Positions 35,518-40,816 of a stretch of 40,816 nucleotides of DNA are shown here, piece after piece (within the stretch, counting starts at the first letter, position 1; every line of letters starts with the position of its first letter). A program made the translations under genes and the position numbers. Source of the stretch: an uncultured Methanosarcinales archaeon (GTDB lineage: Archaea > Nanobdellota > Nanobdellia > Woesearchaeales > JACPBV01); assembly GCA_964492935.1 (NCBI GenBank), contig CAZBLF010000007.1, positions 1 to 40,816 on the forward strand, given 5' to 3'. The notes below the pieces were generated by a model. It did no database searches. It saw only the letters and a program-made list of their open reading frames with translations, and had not been told where the DNA came from.

Positions 35518-36195
35518 ATGGGGGTTGAACATACTGCGTACCTGACTGCGGTTTGGCGGAAGATGGGGAAATTGGACATGACTTCACTTCGCGATGTTCC
35601 GTTTCGGACTAAGATGATTGGTTACATGATGGGCTGGTTGGATCCTGCCAGTGTGGATACGATTGTGCAGCGTACTATTATTATTGATGCGGTGTTGGCT
35701 GGCTTACAGAAAGAACATATTGTGGAGATTGGGGCTGGTTTATCGACGCGTCGGGAGAGGTTTCCGAGGAGCGTGGTGTATACTCTTGATTTGCCGTCGT
35801 TTCCGATTCAGAAGGAGAACTTTATTCCCTATGCGATTGGAACGGATAGTTTAGAGGTTCCGTTCTCGGATGCGGTTTTTGTTGTTGAGGGAGTTTCGAT
35901 GTATCTTGAGAAACTACAATTAAAAAAGATGTTGAAAGAGATTGTTGCTTTGAAAGGACATGTCGTGATTGATTTTTTTGATAAGAGTAAGGGTAGCAAA
36001 TATAAGTCGTATCGAGAGCATTTGTACAAACAGTTGTTTAGTCGAGTGTCTGGCAAGGATAAACCCTTTAGTTTTGCGGTGGAGAATGCTGAGCATGCTC
36101 GCAAGTTGCTTGCGTCGTGTGGCTTTACGGAGATTGAGGAATTGCGACTGCCGTTAAAGAAAACTCTAGATATCTTGTTTTACGCTAAGTGTTGA
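35518..36195 (+). CDS. Class I SAM methyltransferase, leucine-carboxyl-methyltransferase (LCM)-like
   Basis: RTIIID, VEIGAGLSTR, LDLP, VEGVSMYL. Confidence 0.85.
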   Translation: MGVEHTAYLTAVWRKMGKLDMTSLRDVPFRTKMIGYMMGWLDPASVDTIVQRTIIIDAVLAGLQKEHIVEIGAGLSTRRERFPRSVVYTLDLPSFPIQKENFIPYAIGTDSLEVPFSDAVFVVEGVSMYLEKLQLKKMLKEIVALKGHVVIDFFDKSKGSKYKSYREHLYKQLFSRVSGKDKPFSFAVENAEHARKLLASCGFTEIEELRLPLKKTLDILFYAKC

Positions 36196-37167
36196 TTCTT
36201 GTTTTGGGGTTTTGAATGCAGGTTTTGATTTTAGTCCTAGTAAGGTGAAGAGTTCTTTGTCTTCACTTTGCTTTTGGTTGGGTTGGGTTAATAGCTTGTC
36301 GCCGGCAAAAATGGAATTTGCTCCGGCTAGGAAGCAGAGTGCCTGGCCTTCTTTTGAGAAGTTGATTCTGCCTGCAGATAGTCTGACTACTGATCCCGGT
36401 AATACTATTCTCGTTGTTGCAATCATTCTGATCATTTCCCAGATGCTGATTAATCCTTGGTTTTCTAATGGGGTGCCGGGTACTGGCTGGAGTGCGTTGA
36501 TGGGTACAGATTCGGGGTGGGGTGTTAGTTGGGATAATGTTAATAGCATCTTCAATCGGTCTTCGTCTTTCTCTCCCATTCCTAGAATTCCACCGCAGCA
36601 GATGGTCATGCCGGCGTTTCTAACATTTTCTAGTGTTTCTAATCGGTCGTCATAGGTTCTCGTTGTGATGATTTTACTGTAGTATTCTCTGCTTGTGTCG
36701 AGATTGTGGTTATAGGCATATACTCCTGCGTCTTTGAGTTTTTTTGCTTGTTGTTCGGTTAACATGCCTAGCGTACAGCAGACTTCCATGCCTAATGCGT
36801 CAACTTTCTTGACCATCTCTAGAATGTTGTCGAAATCTTGGTCGTCCTTAACCTCTCTCCAGGCTGCACCCATGCAGAATCTTGTTGAGCCTGCTTGTTT
36901 TGCTTCTTTTGCTGCAGTTACTACAGCATCTACGTCCATTAATTTGTGTGTTTCGATTTCTGATTTGTGTCTAGCGGATTGTGGACAGTAGGAACAGTCT
37001 TCTGAGCACTTTCCGGTTTTAATTGAGAGTAGGGATGATACTTGAACTTCTCTCGGATCATTGTGTTGACGGTGTAAGGTGGATGCGCGGTAGACGAGCT
37101 CTAATAGAGGCATATCATAGATTTCTTTTATCTCTGTTAATGTCCAATTGTTGCGAATGTCCCCCAT
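36166..37167 (-). CDS. bioB: Biotin synthase
   Basis: KTGKCSEDCSYCPQ radical-SAM motif, YNHNLDT, CCGGILGMGE, SVPIN, RLSAGR; start 37167 (or 37224). Confidence 0.97.
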   Translation of the reverse strand: MGDIRNNWTLTEIKEIYDMPLLELVYRASTLHRQHNDPREVQVSSLLSIKTGKCSEDCSYCPQSARHKSEIETHKLMDVDAVVTAAKEAKQAGSTRFCMGAAWREVKDDQDFDNILEMVKKVDALGMEVCCTLGMLTEQQAKKLKDAGVYAYNHNLDTSREYYSKIITTRTYDDRLETLENVRNAGMTICCGGILGMGEKDEDRLKMLLTLSQLTPHPESVPINALQPVPGTPLENQGLISIWEMIRMIATTRIVLPGSVVRLSAGRINFSKEGQALCFLAGANSIFAGDKLLTQPNQKQSEDKELFTLLGLKSKPAFKTPKQESTLSVKQDI

Positions 37168-37257
37168 GATTTCAGAAAAAGTGTCTTGGTTTAAATTTGT
37201 TGTTGTTTTTTCCTGCTGAACCACAATCTTTATAATTATGGGGCGGATTCAGAAATT

Positions 37258-39588
37258 ATGAGTCTTGGTGCTGCAGACAAGGTTGCTATCAGCGGTATGT
37301 CGGATGCTGACATTTCTGGATTTTTAAAAGAACATTTGTTGACGTTGAAGGTTGATGAGTGTAAGAAGATTGTTGAGTTGTTAGGTAGAGATCCTACGTT
37401 AAGCGAGGTGCACATCTTTAACATTCAGTGGAGCGAGCATTGTAGTTACAAATCTTCAAAGCAGTGGTTGAAGATGTTGCCGACTACGGGGCCAACAGTG
37501 ATGTTAGGGGTTGGCGAGGATGCAGGTATTGTCCGGTTTGCGCATGAGGGAGAGGATGTGTATGGTATTGCAATGTCGCATGAAAGTCATAATCATCCGT
37601 CGCAGGTGGTGCCGTATGAGGGTGCTGCTACCGGTGTAGGTGGTAATATTAGGGATGTTCTTTGTATGGGTGCTCGGGTTATTGCTTGTGCTGATCCTCT
37701 TCGATTTGGAGATCCTACTGGTAAAGAGAGTAATAAGGTCAAATATATTGCGAATCAGGTTGTTGATGGGATTGCTGGGTATGGAAATCCGTTGGGCGTG
37801 CCGGTGTTGGCTGGTGACGTTTATTTTAATTCGAGTTTCGATGATAATTGTTTGGTGAATGTGGTTACTCTCGGTATTATCAAGGAAAAGGATATTATTC
37901 ATTCGGCTTGTCCTCCGAATAGCGAGGGATACGATATTATTGTTGTGGGTAAGGCTACTGATGCATCTGGTTTTGGTGGAGCTGCGTTTGCCTCAGTTGT
38001 TTTGGATGATGAGCAGGAGGAGTACAACAAGGGTGCGGTACAGGTTCCCGATCCGTTTTTGAAGAATATTTTGGTACGCGCTTCTGAAGGTGTTTTTGCT
38101 GCCGCTCGAAAGGAAAAGGTTACGCTTGGATTTAAGGACATGGGCGCTGGCGGGATTATGTGTGCGACGTCTGAATTGTGTGAATCTGGGGGAATGGGTG
38201 CTGATATTGATTTGGAGAAGGTTCACGTTGCTTTAGAGGGTCTGGAACCGTATGTGATTGCTTGTGCGGAAACACAGGAACGGTTTGCTTGGGTTTCTCC
38301 CCCTGCATTTACTTCTACGATCTTACGTATTTACAATGAGGAGTTTGAATTGCCTCGGGTTGCTAGTGGTGCTCGAGCTTCAGTTGTGGGTAAAGTTACA
38401 ACTGGCGATTATGTTATGCAGTATCGCGGTAAAGCTATTTGTAAGGCGCCTGCGTCTGTGGTTACGAAGGGTATTGAATACACTCGGGTTGGGGAGACGT
38501 ATGCTTCTTCATTAAAGGAACCTACATTGAAAGAGCCTTCTGATTATGCTTCGATGGGGTTGAAGTTGCTTCGTCATCCGAATGTTGCTTCGAAAGCTTC
38601 GATTTACAAACATTACGATACTGAGGTGCAAGGTTTAGCTGTATTGCGACCGGGTGAGGCGGATGCGGGAGTGCAGGCTCCTGTACCGGGAAAATACTGG
38701 GGGGTTGCTTTATCGGTGGATCATAATCCTCGGTATTCTCGCATTAGTCCGTTTCATGGTGCGGTGAATGGGGTTGCGGAAGCAATGCGTAACGTTGCGT
38801 GTGTTGGAGCTACTCCAATTGGGATGACGGATTGCTTGAATATGGGGAATCCAGAGACGAGCGATCATTTTAGAGATTTTATTGAATCGGTTGAGGGATT
38901 AAGTGTTGCTTCGCATAAATTATGGTTAAAAGAGTATCCGGAGAAGCCGGTTCCGTTCGTTGCGGGGAATGTGAGTTTTTACAATCAGAGTGCAAGTGGT
39001 AAGACTATTGATCCTTCGCCCATTATTGGGTGTGTAGGGAGAATTGAGGATTATCGAAAGGTGGTGCGGACTCAGCTTGTTGCTGCTGGAAGTTCTTTGT
39101 TGATGATTGGTGAACGGAAGGATGAATTGGGTGGGAGTGTCTATTATGATGTGCACGATGAATTGGGTAAGAACGTTCCTGAACTGGATTTAGAGGTGCA
39201 GCGTCGTGAAATGCACGCGGTTATTGATTTGATTGATGCTGGCTTGGTTAAAAGCTGTCACGATATCTCGGATGGTGGTTTATTTGTTACCGTTGCTGAG
39301 ATGATTTTGGGTAAGGATGCTGATGGTAAGGTTGGTGTTGAGATTTCATTGGTAGGTGAATTGGAGAAGTCTCGATTATTGTTCTCGGAAACTCCTGGAT
39401 ACGTTTTAGAGGTTGACTTTAGCAAGATGAAGGAAATTGAAAAAGTGTTATCGGAACACAAGGTTTCAGTTTCTAATTTAGGTACTACTACTAATGATGC
39501 TGAGCTTGTTGTAAAGGATGTTTTGGAGTTGAGTGTCAAGCAGATGGCTGAAGCTTGGACGAATGGTGTTGTGGAGGCCATGAAATGA
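37258..39588 (+). CDS. purL: FGAM synthase large subunit (small-type PurL)
   Basis: WSEHCSYKSS, ESHNHPS, GAATGVGG, DMGAGG, GNVSFYN, HDISDGG. Confidence 0.97.
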   Translation: MSLGAADKVAISGMSDADISGFLKEHLLTLKVDECKKIVELLGRDPTLSEVHIFNIQWSEHCSYKSSKQWLKMLPTTGPTVMLGVGEDAGIVRFAHEGEDVYGIAMSHESHNHPSQVVPYEGAATGVGGNIRDVLCMGARVIACADPLRFGDPTGKESNKVKYIANQVVDGIAGYGNPLGVPVLAGDVYFNSSFDDNCLVNVVTLGIIKEKDIIHSACPPNSEGYDIIVVGKATDASGFGGAAFASVVLDDEQEEYNKGAVQVPDPFLKNILVRASEGVFAAARKEKVTLGFKDMGAGGIMCATSELCESGGMGADIDLEKVHVALEGLEPYVIACAETQERFAWVSPPAFTSTILRIYNEEFELPRVASGARASVVGKVTTGDYVMQYRGKAICKAPASVVTKGIEYTRVGETYASSLKEPTLKEPSDYASMGLKLLRHPNVASKASIYKHYDTEVQGLAVLRPGEADAGVQAPVPGKYWGVALSVDHNPRYSRISPFHGAVNGVAEAMRNVACVGATPIGMTDCLNMGNPETSDHFRDFIESVEGLSVASHKLWLKEYPEKPVPFVAGNVSFYNQSASGKTIDPSPIIGCVGRIEDYRKVVRTQLVAAGSSLLMIGERKDELGGSVYYDVHDELGKNVPELDLEVQRREMHAVIDLIDAGLVKSCHDISDGGLFVTVAEMILGKDADGKVGVEISLVGELEKSRLLFSETPGYVLEVDFSKMKEIEKVLSEHKVSVSNLGTTTNDAELVVKDVLELSVKQMAEAWTNGVVEAMK

Positions 39589-40334
39589 TTGCAGTATTGA
39601 TGTTTCCGGGTTCGAATTGTGAGAATGAGACGAAGCTTGCTTGTGAGAAGGCTGGGATGAAGGCGGAAATTGTTCGGTGGAATGATGTTTCTAAGCTCGG
39701 TTCGTATAGTGGCTATGTGTTGCCGGGCGGATGGAGTTATGAGGATAGAATTCGGGCTGGTGTTATTGCTAGCAAGGATACTGTTGTCGCGTTTTTGAAG
39801 AAAGAGGCTGCTGCAGGTAAACCTATCTTAGGTATTTGTAATGGCTGTCAGATTTTAGTTGAAGCTGGTTTGGTGCCGGGCAATGGTAAATTGGAGATGG
39901 CGGTTGCACGTAATGAGAATCCGTTGGTTTCTGGTTATTATTGCAGCTGGGTCCATATGAAGAAGACTTCATCTTTGAAAACTGCATTTTCTGCTGTGGA
40001 TGATGTTATGGCGATTCCTATCGCTCACGGGGAGGGTCGATTTGTGACTAATGATACTGAATTGTTGGCTGCGTTGGAGGAGAACGGACAGATTCTGTTT
40101 AGGTATTGTGATGCGGGCGGAGATGTTGCTACATCGTTTCCAGACAATCCTAATGGTTCGAGTGGAGCGATTGCAGGTATTTGCAATAAGGAAGGAAATG
40201 TGCTGGCGATGATGCCGCATCCCGAGCGAGCTGCCTGGATGAGGCAAATGCCTGGAGAACATGCGGATGGCGAGGAGGCTGGTCCGGGTTTACGTATTTT
40301 TGAAAGTATGAAGAGGTATATTGATGAAAACTGA
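39585..40334 (+). CDS. purQ: FGAM synthase glutaminase subunit
   Basis: FPGSNC, GICNG, AHGEG, NPNGS, MPHPER. Confidence 0.96.
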   Translation: MIAVLMFPGSNCENETKLACEKAGMKAEIVRWNDVSKLGSYSGYVLPGGWSYEDRIRAGVIASKDTVVAFLKKEAAAGKPILGICNGCQILVEAGLVPGNGKLEMAVARNENPLVSGYYCSWVHMKKTSSLKTAFSAVDDVMAIPIAHGEGRFVTNDTELLAALEENGQILFRYCDAGGDVATSFPDNPNGSSGAIAGICNKEGNVLAMMPHPERAAWMRQMPGEHADGEEAGPGLRIFESMKRYIDEN

Positions 40335-40761
40335 ATTGTTTGTGCGGTTGAAGGTGGTGGATACTACTGCGTTGACTGCGTTGACTGCTATTCAGGAGAT
40401 GGGTTTTACTGACTGTGTTGAGGTTAAGCGTGATGTGTATTATGCGTTTGAATCGGATGTAGATATTTCTAAATCACTGTTGGGAGTGGATGTGTTGGTG
40501 AATGCTAATAAACACGCTGCTCGCTTTTCGGCTGATGTTACTGGCGTAGGAGTATTGGTTACGGATGCGGATGATGATTGTTCTGCTTTGTTGCATACTT
40601 TGACTGAACGTTTGGGTATTTCTTCAATTACTCATGTTTCTCGTGGTGTGTTGTGGACGTTGCGGTTTAAAGAGGGTGTTGATTCAACATTGATTGCTGA
40701 AAAGATTGCGCGCGGGTTGTTGAGTAACGAGCACTATCAGAAGTTCGTAATTCTGGGTTAG
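40324..40761 (+). CDS. purS: Tandem-domain PurS-like subunit
   Basis: Follows purQ; two halves ending LVNANKH and LLSNEHYQ, like the PurS LLxNP motif. Confidence 0.7.
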   Translation: MKTELFVRLKVVDTTALTALTAIQEMGFTDCVEVKRDVYYAFESDVDISKSLLGVDVLVNANKHAARFSADVTGVGVLVTDADDDCSALLHTLTERLGISSITHVSRGVLWTLRFKEGVDSTLIAEKIARGLLSNEHYQKFVILG

Positions 40762-40766
40762 TTTTT

Positions 40767-40796
40767 TGAACTACCACTAGGCTAAAGCCATAGTGG
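40767..40796. mobile_element. IS200/IS605-type subterminal palindrome (possible element end; window ends shortly after)
   Basis: AACTA-CCACTAGGC-TAAA-GCC-A-TAGTGG imperfect hairpin. Confidence 0.5.
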
Positions 40797-40816
40797 AATC
40801 GTCAAAGTAATCACTT

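Noticed and set aside
2006..40262. Numerous antisense or nested ORFs of 60-160 aa in the track
   Set aside because: Shadows of well-supported genes, favoured by biased codon usage; no motifs.

Overview
Gene-dense chromosomal segment of an archaeon, most likely DPANN (Woesearchaeota-like). Support: archaeal uS15, TFE-alpha, class III pilin, CC1-like chromatin protein, and TATA boxes about 20-25 nt before leaderless ATGs. It carries more biosynthesis than expected for DPANN: bacterial-type MEP isoprenoid genes (dxs, dxr, ispD-ispF fusion, ispE), BioU-type biotin synthesis (bioF, bioU, bioD, bioB), purL-purQ-purS, nnrE/nnrD, and a cysteine locus (tRNA-Cys, cysE, cysS). Single-gene orphans are interspersed, several with frameshifts or stops. 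Best candidates for undescribed biology: (1) a leaderless MASVCCCC micro-ORF ahead of tRNA-Cys and a strongly folded, SD-sequestering cysE leader, a possible archaeal cysteine attenuator; (2) a HisRS fused to a ribbon-helix-helix domain, with CATTAC boxes over its own start; (3) a self-standing ~79-nt structured RNA convergent with an RNase H-like/DUF3800-like gene; (4) a carboxyl-methyltransferase plus MBL-esterase pair inside the biotin cluster, possibly replacing BioC/BioH. All family calls come from motif recognition by eye; no searches were run. There is a 10-N scaffold gap at 26463-26472.
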